A DNA stretch of 32,000 bases from Oscillospiraceae bacterium (GTDB taxonomy: Bacteria; Bacillota; Clostridia; Oscillospirales; Oscillospiraceae): positions 159,810-191,809 of the forward strand of contig JAFWFZ010000008.1 in the NCBI GenBank assembly GCA_017515345.1, given 5' to 3'. This document shows positions 16,696 to 24,250 of this stretch, in pieces. The position numbers were made by a program, and so were the translations under genes. The notes under the pieces are model-generated. The model worked only from the letters and a program-made list of their open reading frames with translations. It was not told where the DNA came from and made no database searches. The stretch's first letter is position 1, and each line of letters starts with the position of its first letter.

Positions 16696-17916
16696 TTACT
16701 CTGCACGCCGGGGCGTTTTACCTGCCGCACCGCAAAGGCCATGGCGCACCGTCTGCCAGCTCTCCACCCGGTGAACGCAGGAAAAAAGCTGCAGCGGCAG
16801 CCAGGAGGCCATGAAAACCGGGAACAGCAGCACCGTCTTCACCGCGCTCCATCCTCTCAGGCCGACGCACCGCGCGAGCACCGCCCCCAGGGCGGCCAGC
16901 CCCGCGAACCCCAGCGCGACAGAGACGGCGGCGGCCGGCAGCACGCCAAAGCCGCTGTTTCCGGATGCCGACAGCGCCAGCAGCGCGGCGGCCACGGCGG
17001 AGAGCGCCCGGGCATAGGGCGTCAGGGTAAAGGCCAGCACATCCGCCCGGCGTGCCCAGTCCCGCCCCGCGAGGGAGGCGGCCAGAGCAGGCGCCGTTCT
17101 GTCCGCCACGTCCATGACGCCGCTGACCCACCTCCGCCGCTGGCGGAGGGATACCCCGAACGTGCGGGGCGCCTCGTCAAAGGTCACCGCCTCCGGCGCC
17201 CACAGGACCCGCTCGCCCATGAGCGCGCAGCGGGCGGAAAGCTCTGCGTCCTCCGCGATGGTCTCCGTGCGCCAGCCGCCCATTTTTTCCAGCACGCGGC
17301 GATGTACGGCAAAGCCTGTCCCCACCAGCTTGGCCGAGAGTCCCAGCGCCAGGCGGGAGGGGTTGTAAAACGAGTCGAACAGCCCGTAATAGAGCGCGTA
17401 GCAGCCGGAGACCCATGTGTCCCCGGCGTTTTTTGTCACCGTCCGCGCCTTGGCGACGCCCGCGCCGGAGAGAAGCGCGTCGTTCATGGCGGAGAGGAAG
17501 CCCTCGTTTGCCGTGTTGTCCGCATCGAAAACGCAGAAGGCGTCGTACCCGCAGGGCATCAGCAGTGAAATCGCCTGGCGCAGGGCGTCCCCCTTGCAGC
17601 GCACAGTTCCCCGGCAGCGGATCACCCGCGCCCCGGCGGCGCGGGCCGCAGCCTCCGTCCCGTCTGTGCAGTTGTTGGCGGCAACATAGATGTCGAAGAG
17701 CTCTCCCGGGTAGCGCTGCGCCTTCAGGCTTTCGATCAGCGAGGCGATCACCCTCTCCTCGTTCCGCGCAGGGATGAGACATGCGAAGCGCAGGGTTGGC
17801 GCGCAGGCCGGCCTCTTCTCCGTCTTTTTCCAGAAGAACAGCGACGTGATGAGCAGCCACAGGGCGATCAGCTTCGCGGCAGCCGCAGCGACTGCTGCGA
17901 TCGTATGGAGAAGCAT
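16696..17916 (-). CDS. Membrane-embedded family-2 glycosyltransferase, processive-synthase type (QRRRW motif)
   Basis: ORF trimmed to the ATG at 17916 (RBS AAAGGTGG). It has an N-terminal TM, then LIPARNEE, FDADN, TEDAEL-type IAEDAEL and LRQRRRWVSG. The C-terminus is hydrophobic with several TM segments. Confidence 0.85.
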   Translation of the reverse strand: MLLHTIAAVAAAAAKLIALWLLITSLFFWKKTEKRPACAPTLRFACLIPARNEERVIASLIESLKAQRYPGELFDIYVAANNCTDGTEAAARAAGARVIRCRGTVRCKGDALRQAISLLMPCGYDAFCVFDADNTANEGFLSAMNDALLSGAGVAKARTVTKNAGDTWVSGCYALYYGLFDSFYNPSRLALGLSAKLVGTGFAVHRRVLEKMGGWRTETIAEDAELSARCALMGERVLWAPEAVTFDEAPRTFGVSLRQRRRWVSGVMDVADRTAPALAASLAGRDWARRADVLAFTLTPYARALSAVAAALLALSASGNSGFGVLPAAAVSVALGFAGLAALGAVLARCVGLRGWSAVKTVLLFPVFMASWLPLQLFSCVHRVESWQTVRHGLCGAAGKTPRRAE

Positions 17917-18005
17917 CGGTATCCCACCTTTCCCTTTGATGGGGAGAGGATACCACACAGTTTTTAAAACCGGCTTCCCGTTTTCTTAAGGTTTCATTAA
18001 ATCGA

Positions 18006-18036
18006 AAGGCTCTGCCCGGCAGCGGACAGAGCCTTT
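18006..18036 (-). terminator. Hairpin terminator after the mutS-CPBP-traX unit
   Basis: GGCTCTG...CAGAGCC stem with inner CCG/CGG pairs. The minus strand is followed by TTTCGATTT. Confidence 0.5.
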
Positions 18037-18041
18037 TGATC

Positions 18042-18797
18042 TCACGTCATATGGATCCGGAGGAGAGCAAACGCCAGCAGGTGCAGGGGATAGATCGCGT
18101 AAAAGACAAGTCCGGCAATCCTTCCCCGGATAAAGCCGCGCTCACCGTTGTACAGGCCAATGGGGATAAAGGCAAGTCCCGCCTTCCACTGGCTGGGAAG
18201 GAGGCAGCAGCCCACCGCCGCGCGGACAAGAGGCCGCTCACGCATGGCCCAGAGCATCAGGATAAAGCCGAACCCGGCAGCGCCGTAATCTCCCCGCAGG
18301 ACAAGGGACATGACCAGCAGTCCCAACAGCGCGGCAGCGTATTTCAGGCGGCCGCGCTCCGCGGCCATGAACGCCTCCGCGGCCCATATGCCCAGGAAGC
18401 CCAGCAGCAGCGTGAAGAACACGTTCTGGTCGGTGCAGGTCAGCGTCCCCGCCCGAAAAAGGTTCCAGGGGAGCTCGGAGAGGACGGCAAAGATCCCCAA
18501 ACGAAGGGCATAGCGTCTCCGGTCCCGGGTGTGGAAAAAGCCCTCTGTCAGCAGGAAGCAGTAGAGAGGGAACGCCAGCCGACCGAAGAAGCGCATCGCC
18601 CGGTACAGTGTCAGGGTATGGCTCCCGATGCTCAGGAGGATCGGCGACCCGTTTCGCAGAAAGGCGACTGCCGCGTGATCGACCAGCATGGAGATGAGGG
18701 CCAGGAGCTTCAGGACGCTGCCGCTCAGGCACTTGTACTTTTCCGGGATCAGTCCTCTCTTTTCCATCAATGCACTTCCTTTCGGCGCCGCGGTCAT
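18042..18797 (-). CDS. TraX-family integral membrane protein (putative acyltransferase family)
   Basis: Contains LKLLALISMLVDHAAVAF...FGRLAFPLYCFLLTEGFFHT, with polytopic topology. Its ATG (18797-18795) overlaps the upstream TGA (18796-18794) as ATGA. Confidence 0.8.
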   Translation of the reverse strand: MTAAPKGSALMEKRGLIPEKYKCLSGSVLKLLALISMLVDHAAVAFLRNGSPILLSIGSHTLTLYRAMRFFGRLAFPLYCFLLTEGFFHTRDRRRYALRLGIFAVLSELPWNLFRAGTLTCTDQNVFFTLLLGFLGIWAAEAFMAAERGRLKYAAALLGLLVMSLVLRGDYGAAGFGFILMLWAMRERPLVRAAVGCCLLPSQWKAGLAFIPIGLYNGERGFIRGRIAGLVFYAIYPLHLLAFALLRIHMT

Positions 18798-19510
18798 AGA
18801 TTGAGCGACACCGTGATCGACAGCAGATTGATGAATGCGTGGATGAGGATCGGCGACCAGATGCTGCTGCTGCGCTCATAGCTCCACGCCAGGGCAATGG
18901 AGGGCGGTATGTATTGCAGCAGATACAGCGCCAGGGTCCAGCTGAATCCGTCCACATAGAAATACTGCCACAGGTGGTAGACGGCAAACAGCAGGGTGCT
19001 GACGATATACGCCGCCGCCCGGTTTTTCTGCCGGATGCTGCCGAACACCGCGCCCCGGAACAGGGACTCCTCCACGATCGGCGCGAAAAGCACCGCCACC
19101 ACGATCATCACGTTTTTGTTGAGCCGCGTCTCCTGCAGGATGGCCTCCGTGTTGGGGTTCGATATCCCCGATTCCGCCAACAGGATCACAAGGGATACCG
19201 CGAACATCATCACATAGTAGAACACATAGCCCAGGGCCACCGTCTGCAGCGAGCGGATGACATTGTCAAAAAAGTCGGAGAAGGACGCCCGCAGAAAGCG
19301 GAACATGGTGATGAGCACCACCAGGAAGGACAGCGCGTACAGGCAGAGGTTCATCTCCGCGGTGGTGATGCCGTCCCCGAACAGCCACACGCAGACGGCA
19401 GGCATGAAGAAGATCAGCACCACCGCGTGAATGGGCAGGTAGATATAACCCGCGATGCGCTCCGACTTCAGCATGGGGTATTTGAACGGGACTTTCTTCT
19501 TAAGATCCAT
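18794..19510 (-). CDS. CPBP (CAAX/Abi) family intramembrane metalloprotease
   Basis: Motifs APIVEESLFRGAVF, FAVYH and ILIHAFINL. The start ATG at 19510 lies 11 nt inside the end of mutS. Confidence 0.85.
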   Translation of the reverse strand: MDLKKKVPFKYPMLKSERIAGYIYLPIHAVVLIFFMPAVCVWLFGDGITTAEMNLCLYALSFLVVLITMFRFLRASFSDFFDNVIRSLQTVALGYVFYYVMMFAVSLVILLAESGISNPNTEAILQETRLNKNVMIVVAVLFAPIVEESLFRGAVFGSIRQKNRAAAYIVSTLLFAVYHLWQYFYVDGFSWTLALYLLQYIPPSIALAWSYERSSSIWSPILIHAFINLLSITVSLNL

Positions 19511-22109
19511 TGTTAACCTTCTTTTTCAGCTCATAAAGCAGATTCAGCCCCTCAATGGGCGTCAGCGTGTTGAGATCGGTCTCCCGCAGGATCGCGGCGA
19601 TCTCCCCGCCGGAAACATCCCCGAAGGATATCTGCTCCTCCGGCTCCCCCTGCCGGGCAGGCTCTGTTTCACGGCGGCCATGTCCCTCGGAAAACGACTT
19701 CAGCACCGCCTTGGCACGCCGGATCACCGATTCCGGCACGCCCGCCAGGCCGGCCACCTCAATGCCGTAGCTGTCGTCGGCGCCGCCCGGCACGATCTTC
19801 CGAAGGAAGATGACCTCCCCGCCCCGCTTTTTCGCAGTAATATTGAAGTTCCTGACGCCCTGTATCTCGCCCTCCAGCGCGGCCAGCTCGTGATAGTGGG
19901 TGGAAAACAGCGTCTTCGCCCCCAGCTTCCGCTTGTCGGCGCAGTGCTCCAGCACCGCCCGGGCGATGGACATGCCGTCATAGGTGGAGGTCCCGCGCCC
20001 GATCTCGTCCAGGATGATGAGACTTCGGGCGGTGGCGTTTTTCATGATCTCCGCCACCTCGGTCATCTCCACCATGAAGGTGGATTTTCCGGCAGAGAGA
20101 TCGTCGGAGGCGCCGATGCGGGTGAATACCCGGTCCACGATGCCGATCCGCGCGGACCGGGCAGGGACGAAGGCGCCCATCTGCGCCATGAGCACGATCA
20201 GCGCCGTTTGACGCATATAGGTGGACTTGCCCGCCATATTGGGTCCCGTGATGATGGCCACACGGGAATCGCCCCCATCCAGATAGGCGTCATTGGGCAC
20301 GAAGAGAGAATCCCGCTGCATGGCCTCCACCACCGGATGGCGGCCGTCCCGGATATCTACCGTGCCGGATACATCCACCTCCGGCATGCAGTAGTTGTTC
20401 TGCACGGCGGACTCGGCGAAGGAACAGAGCGCGTCCAGCTCCGCCACCCGGTCGGCAGTCTCCTGCACCCGGGCGACCTGGGAGGCGATCCGCTCCCTCA
20501 GGTCGCTGAACAGGCCGTATTCCAGTTCCGCCAGCCGGTCCTTCGCTGTGAGCAGCGTATTCTCCAGTTCCTTGAGCTCCTGGGTGATGAACCGCTCGCA
20601 GTTCACCAGCGTCTGTTTCCGCACATAATCGTCGGGCACATCCTCGGACATGGAGCGGGGGATCTCGATGTAGTAACCGAACACCCGGTTATAGCCGACC
20701 TTGAGCTTCTTTCCGGTGCGCTCCCTCTCCCGGGTCTCGATGGACGCCAGAGCGCCGGTGCTGTTTTCCAGCAGATTCCGCAGGTAGTCGGCGTCCTCGC
20801 TGACGCCGGGGCGGATGATCCCGGCCTCTCTCACGGAGAAGGGAGGATCCTCCACGATCGTGTCCCGGATCGCATCCGCGATATCGTCAAGGGGATCGAG
20901 GCTGCGGATCTTTTCGAGCAGGGCGCTCCTCATTCCGCTCAGGTTCTCTGCGGCGGGCGCCGCGCCGCGGATGGAAAGCTCCAGGGCCTTCAGGTCGCGG
21001 CAGTTGGCCGTGCCGTAGACGATTTTCGCGATGATCCGCTCCATATCCCCAACGCTGCGGAGGGCAAGCATGATCTCGTTCCTGGCCACCGTAGCGGAAA
21101 ACAGCTCATTCACCGCCGCCTGCCGCCGCTTGATGGCCGCTGCGTTCAGCAGCGGCCGCAGCACCCAGGAGCGGATCTTGCGTCTTCCCATCGGGGTCTT
21201 CGTCCTGTCCAGCACCCAGAGGAGGCTGCCCTTCTTCTCCTGTGTATTCAGGGACTGCACCAGCTCCAGATTCCTAAGCGTCTGGATATCCAGCTCCATC
21301 CACTCACTGACGCTGTTGACGGTGAGCGTATGGATATGGCTCAGGTCTGTTTTCTGCGTATCCACCATGTAAGAGAGGAGCGCGCCGGCAGCGCAGACCG
21401 CCTCCTGGCTGTCCCCCACCCCAAGGGAGTCTGTGTCCGGCACGGAGAACTGCTCACAGACGCGCATGGCCGACTGCATGTAGTCAAACCGCTCCTCACA
21501 GCACTGGGCGAGGCAGGCGAGCCGCTGCTCCAGGAACGCCCGCAACCCACTGTCTCCCCAGGCCGCCGCGTTCATGATGACCTCCGCGGGAGCGTAGGCG
21601 CCCAGCTCGCTGAAGAGCCGGTCCGTATCCTCCGACGGGAAGAAGGAGACGACGAACTCGCCGGTGGAGAGCTCCGCAAAGCACAGGGCAGTCCGCCCGG
21701 CGCACTCGAAGACGGAGCAGATATAGTTTGGCTTTCCCTCGTCCAGCATGGAGGCGTCGATGAGCGTGCCCGGCGTGACGATCCGGACGATATCACGGTC
21801 CACCAGGCCCTTTGCCGTTGCGGGATCCTCCATCTGCTCACAGATGGCCACCTTGTATCCCTTGGAGATGAGCCTCGCGATGTACGCCTCCGCGGAGTGA
21901 TAGGGCACGCCGCACATAGGCACCCGCTCCTCCGGGTCCTCCTTCGTGCGGTCTCTGGTGGTCAGCACCAGATCCAGCTCCCGGGAAGCGGTTTTGGCGT
22001 CCTCGTCGAACATTTCGTAAAAATCGCCCAGGCGGAAAAACAGGATCGCGTCCTGGTTTTTCTCTTTGATCTCCCGGTATTGCTTCATCATGGGAGTGGT
22101 CTCCGCCAT
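19500..22109 (-). CDS. mutS: DNA mismatch repair protein MutS
   Basis: ORF trimmed to the ATG at 22109 (GGAGG upstream). Contains TPMMKQYREIKEKNQDAILFFRLGDFYEMF and the Walker A motif GPNMAGKST. Length is 869 aa. Confidence 0.95.
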   Translation of the reverse strand: MAETTPMMKQYREIKEKNQDAILFFRLGDFYEMFDEDAKTASRELDLVLTTRDRTKEDPEERVPMCGVPYHSAEAYIARLISKGYKVAICEQMEDPATAKGLVDRDIVRIVTPGTLIDASMLDEGKPNYICSVFECAGRTALCFAELSTGEFVVSFFPSEDTDRLFSELGAYAPAEVIMNAAAWGDSGLRAFLEQRLACLAQCCEERFDYMQSAMRVCEQFSVPDTDSLGVGDSQEAVCAAGALLSYMVDTQKTDLSHIHTLTVNSVSEWMELDIQTLRNLELVQSLNTQEKKGSLLWVLDRTKTPMGRRKIRSWVLRPLLNAAAIKRRQAAVNELFSATVARNEIMLALRSVGDMERIIAKIVYGTANCRDLKALELSIRGAAPAAENLSGMRSALLEKIRSLDPLDDIADAIRDTIVEDPPFSVREAGIIRPGVSEDADYLRNLLENSTGALASIETRERERTGKKLKVGYNRVFGYYIEIPRSMSEDVPDDYVRKQTLVNCERFITQELKELENTLLTAKDRLAELEYGLFSDLRERIASQVARVQETADRVAELDALCSFAESAVQNNYCMPEVDVSGTVDIRDGRHPVVEAMQRDSLFVPNDAYLDGGDSRVAIITGPNMAGKSTYMRQTALIVLMAQMGAFVPARSARIGIVDRVFTRIGASDDLSAGKSTFMVEMTEVAEIMKNATARSLIILDEIGRGTSTYDGMSIARAVLEHCADKRKLGAKTLFSTHYHELAALEGEIQGVRNFNITAKKRGGEVIFLRKIVPGGADDSYGIEVAGLAGVPESVIRRAKAVLKSFSEGHGRRETEPARQGEPEEQISFGDVSGGEIAAILRETDLNTLTPIEGLNLLYELKKKVNNGS

Positions 22110-22164
22110 GTGATCGCCTCCGTCCCGGCCATCCTCGCAGCCGCTGTTTTTTTGCGTGAATGAT

Positions 22165-22193
22165 ATTATATCATAATTCGACACATAAGCCAA
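22165..22193 (-). promoter_or_regulatory. Sigma-A promoter for mutS (TTGGCT-N17-TGaTATAAT)
   Basis: The minus strand reads TTGGCT (22193-22188), a 17-nt spacer, then TATAAT (22170-22165) with an extended -10 TG. Confidence 0.55.
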
Positions 22194-22222
22194 ATAAAAA
22201 CTGCGGGCGTTTCCGCCCGCAG
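22194..22222 (-). terminator. Intrinsic terminator of the SleB-type hydrolase gene
   Basis: CTGCGGGCG (22201-22209) pairs with CGCCCGCAG (22214-22222). The minus strand is followed by TTTTTATTT. Confidence 0.8.
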
Positions 22223-22243
22223 CCTGATTCCCGTATTCAGTTT

Positions 22244-23068
22244 TTACGCGTAAAAGTCATGGCCGCCAATGCTTGTGATATAGGGTCTGTTGTAAGCTGC
22301 CCAGCAGTAGGGGGTGGAGGCGAAGAACAGCGCTTCCCCGGCCTCCCGCGCCCCGTCGAGGACCATCTTGGCCGCCATGACGCTCTGCTCATCGGGTTCC
22401 TGGTACACGGAGCCGGTATAGGCAGGTGTAAACTGGACGCCGTAATTAAAGTCGAAAATGACGTCATAGATGGTGTCGGGATACTCGCTGGATTCCACAC
22501 GGTTCATGATGACAGTGCCCACAGCGATCATGCCCTCCAGGCTCTGGCCGTTGGCCTCGGCATGGATGATGCGGCTGAGCCAGTACAGATCCTCCGCATT
22601 GTAATAATTGTCGCCATAGGTGATAGTCTCGCTGCCGGTGATGATGTTGATGGATTTTTCTTCGCCGTTCCACTCCACTTCAGCGCCGAAGAACTTGGCA
22701 AAGATCCTCACGGGGAGAACCAGATTGCCGCAGATGTTCTTCACCACGCCGGGGCAGTAGAAGTACCGGTCATTGGCGATGATATAGTCGCTTTTTGTGT
22801 TCACGATCAGCGTCAGGTCGGGGGCGAGAACAGTCGCTGTGCCGTCGTCCCATGACACGTCGGTGGCGCCGAGAGCAACGGACAGGGCCCGCAGCGGCAC
22901 ATAGGTGGTGTTGTTCATCAGCAGCGACGCGCGCGCCAGCTCCACCTTTTCACCGTTGATATAGGTGCCCACATGTCTGTAGTCATCATAGCTGGCGGCC
23001 ATCGCCGTAGGAGCGAGAACTCCGATGACCAGCACGCATATGAGCACGCCTATCACGATCTTCTTCAT
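22244..23068 (-). CDS. Secreted cell-wall hydrolase: copper-amine-oxidase-N-like domain plus SleB/CwlJ (Hydrolase_2) domain
   Basis: ORF 22244..23380 trimmed to the ATG at 23068, giving signal peptide MKKIVIGVLICVLVIGVLAPTAMAA. Contains NNTTYVPLRALSVALGA...VLPVRIFAKFFGAEVEW, then LYWLSRIIHAEANGQSLEGMIAVGTVIMNRV...FDFNYGVQFTP. Confidence 0.85.
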   Translation of the reverse strand: MKKIVIGVLICVLVIGVLAPTAMAASYDDYRHVGTYINGEKVELARASLLMNNTTYVPLRALSVALGATDVSWDDGTATVLAPDLTLIVNTKSDYIIANDRYFYCPGVVKNICGNLVLPVRIFAKFFGAEVEWNGEEKSINIITGSETITYGDNYYNAEDLYWLSRIIHAEANGQSLEGMIAVGTVIMNRVESSEYPDTIYDVIFDFNYGVQFTPAYTGSVYQEPDEQSVMAAKMVLDGAREAGEALFFASTPYCWAAYNRPYITSIGGHDFYA

Positions 23069-23468
23069 GATTTTTGGTCCTTTCCGCACGGCGGGATTCC
23101 ACAATGCCGTGCTGTGAGTTTCCAAAGTTTTATGCAAAACGGGCAGCGCCCGATCTTGCCTGTTTTGATCCTGCCCCGGCAGAAAGCCGTCAGGAGTGAT
23201 AAATATCCGCGCCCGCACATCGGAACTCGAGAGCAGGCTCTCTTTCCCCGAGATACGGCCGCGCTGTTCAGCAGCTCGCCGGCCACCGCCGCCGACCGGG
23301 CAGCGCAGCCGCCCATGCCGGTCTGTGGAGCGCACGCCCTCTCGGCTTCGTTTTCGACGGACGCAGGACGCGCCGGGCACCTTACCTGAAACGAAAAATT
23401 CGGGTGCGTTTACACTCCCTTGTGAGTAACAAACAGGTTACAAATTATGCTTTGCATGTAATATTATA
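23069..23468 (-). other. Putative long GC-rich leader with an upstream TATAAT, function unknown
   Basis: The minus strand has TATAAT at 23468-23463. About 390 nt lie between it and the ATG at 23068. A small hairpin CGGGC-GCT-GCCCG (23152-23140) is followed by TTTTG on the minus strand. Confidence 0.3.
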
Positions 23469-23888
23469 GCCCAAACGATTACAAAATGAAACCTTTTTTT
23501 GAGCCCGTCTCCGAAAGTTTGGCAATTGCACCAGTAAACAGCAGGTTTAAAAGCGCATTTGAGCCGTGTTTTTGTTGTATATAGCCAGTTTTCGACTTCC
23601 ATTATCTGGCATTCTTTTTTGGCGCGTTCTCCCCACATCGAGAAAAAAACGGCTCCACGGGTAACATAATTTCCCCACAATTGAGGCATTTTTCCGGGGA
23701 AAAACTGTATTTTGTCCATCGGCGGGCACTCTGTTTGCACCCCGTTTTTCACCGGCACGAAGAGGGCTCCCGCTCCGTTTTATGTCATTCCGCACAAATC
23801 CCCCGGGGAATGAAAATGACGGCGGAACGATCGGCGCGGGACCGGCGGGGACGGCGCCGTGCGAGGACGGCACAGCCCGTCTGAGCGT

Positions 23889-23919
23889 GTTGTTGCCGCA
23901 GCAGAGCTGCGGCAACAAC
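23889..23919. repeat. Perfect 13-bp inverted repeat (hairpin) without a U-tract
   Basis: GTTGTTGCCGCAG (23889-23901), loop CAGAG, CTGCGGCAACAAC (23907-23919). Confidence 0.9.
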
Positions 23920-24010
23920 ATCGGATCCGATTCACGCCCGCGGACGGAACTCTGCCGCCGGCAATATCTGTGTAATGAGAAAGGGACACTTCGCGGAACA
24001 GCTCAGCACC

Positions 24011-24250
24011 TCACGCGGCGGACTTTGCCTTTCTCAGCTCCTCCATCTCCTCCGCGATCCAGGGCACGTCCAGATAGAGCCCGTCATCGGTATAGACGAT
24101 GTGCTTTTTAAGGCCGAAGAACAGCGCCACATAGGCGATGACAGCCGCCAGCACCAGGCATATCAGCGTGATGACCAGCGCCCTCCAGGGCCGGCGCCTG
24201 CGGTAGACGCGGGGGCGGTCACTTCTCACGGGGATCACCCTCCAGCGCAT
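24011..24250 (-). CDS. Small single-TM protein (start uncertain: ATG 24250 or GTG 24229)
   Basis: Translation is MRWRVIPVRSDRPRVYRRRRPWRALVITLICLVLAAVIAYVALFFGL..., i.e. an Arg-rich N-terminus, one TM, and an acidic tail. It overlaps the rpiB 3' end. GGAGG lies 9 nt upstream of the GTG at 24229. Confidence 0.35.
   Translation of the reverse strand: MRWRVIPVRSDRPRVYRRRRPWRALVITLICLVLAAVIAYVALFFGLKKHIVYTDDGLYLDVPWIAEEMEELRKAKSAA

Noticed and set aside
22110-22193. The upstream extension of mutS (track ORF starts at 22193). Similar 5' extensions exist for nusA (9201), rbfA (13388 TTG), nrnA (13701), ribU (1605), rpiB (24716), ruvX (27415), the GT2 gene (17958) and the CofE-like gene (3786).
   Set aside because: In each case a downstream ATG is preceded by a GGAGG-type RBS and begins the conserved N-terminus of the family. 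The extensions overlap promoters, riboswitch sequence or upstream genes.
23069-23380. The N-terminal 104-codon extension of the hydrolase ORF (track ORF 22244..23380).
   Set aside because: The extension is Arg/Gly-rich and has no RBS at the GTG. The internal ATG at 23068 has an RBS and starts a canonical signal peptide.
23400-23408. CGCACCCGA on the minus strand, which resembles part of the c-di-AMP (ydaO-yuaA) riboswitch 3' core upstream of a cell-wall hydrolase.
   Set aside because: The other conserved blocks (GGGGGA-CC, GGGGUGAAUC, CAGCUAAC) are not present in the correct order. The match sits at the 5' end of the leader rather than the 3' end of an aptamer.
23438-23758. A 106-aa minus-strand ORF in the AT-rich island.
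   Set aside because: It has a GTG start without an RBS and a Cys/Trp-rich odd composition, and it runs through the putative promoter of the hydrolase gene. It has no recognisable motifs.
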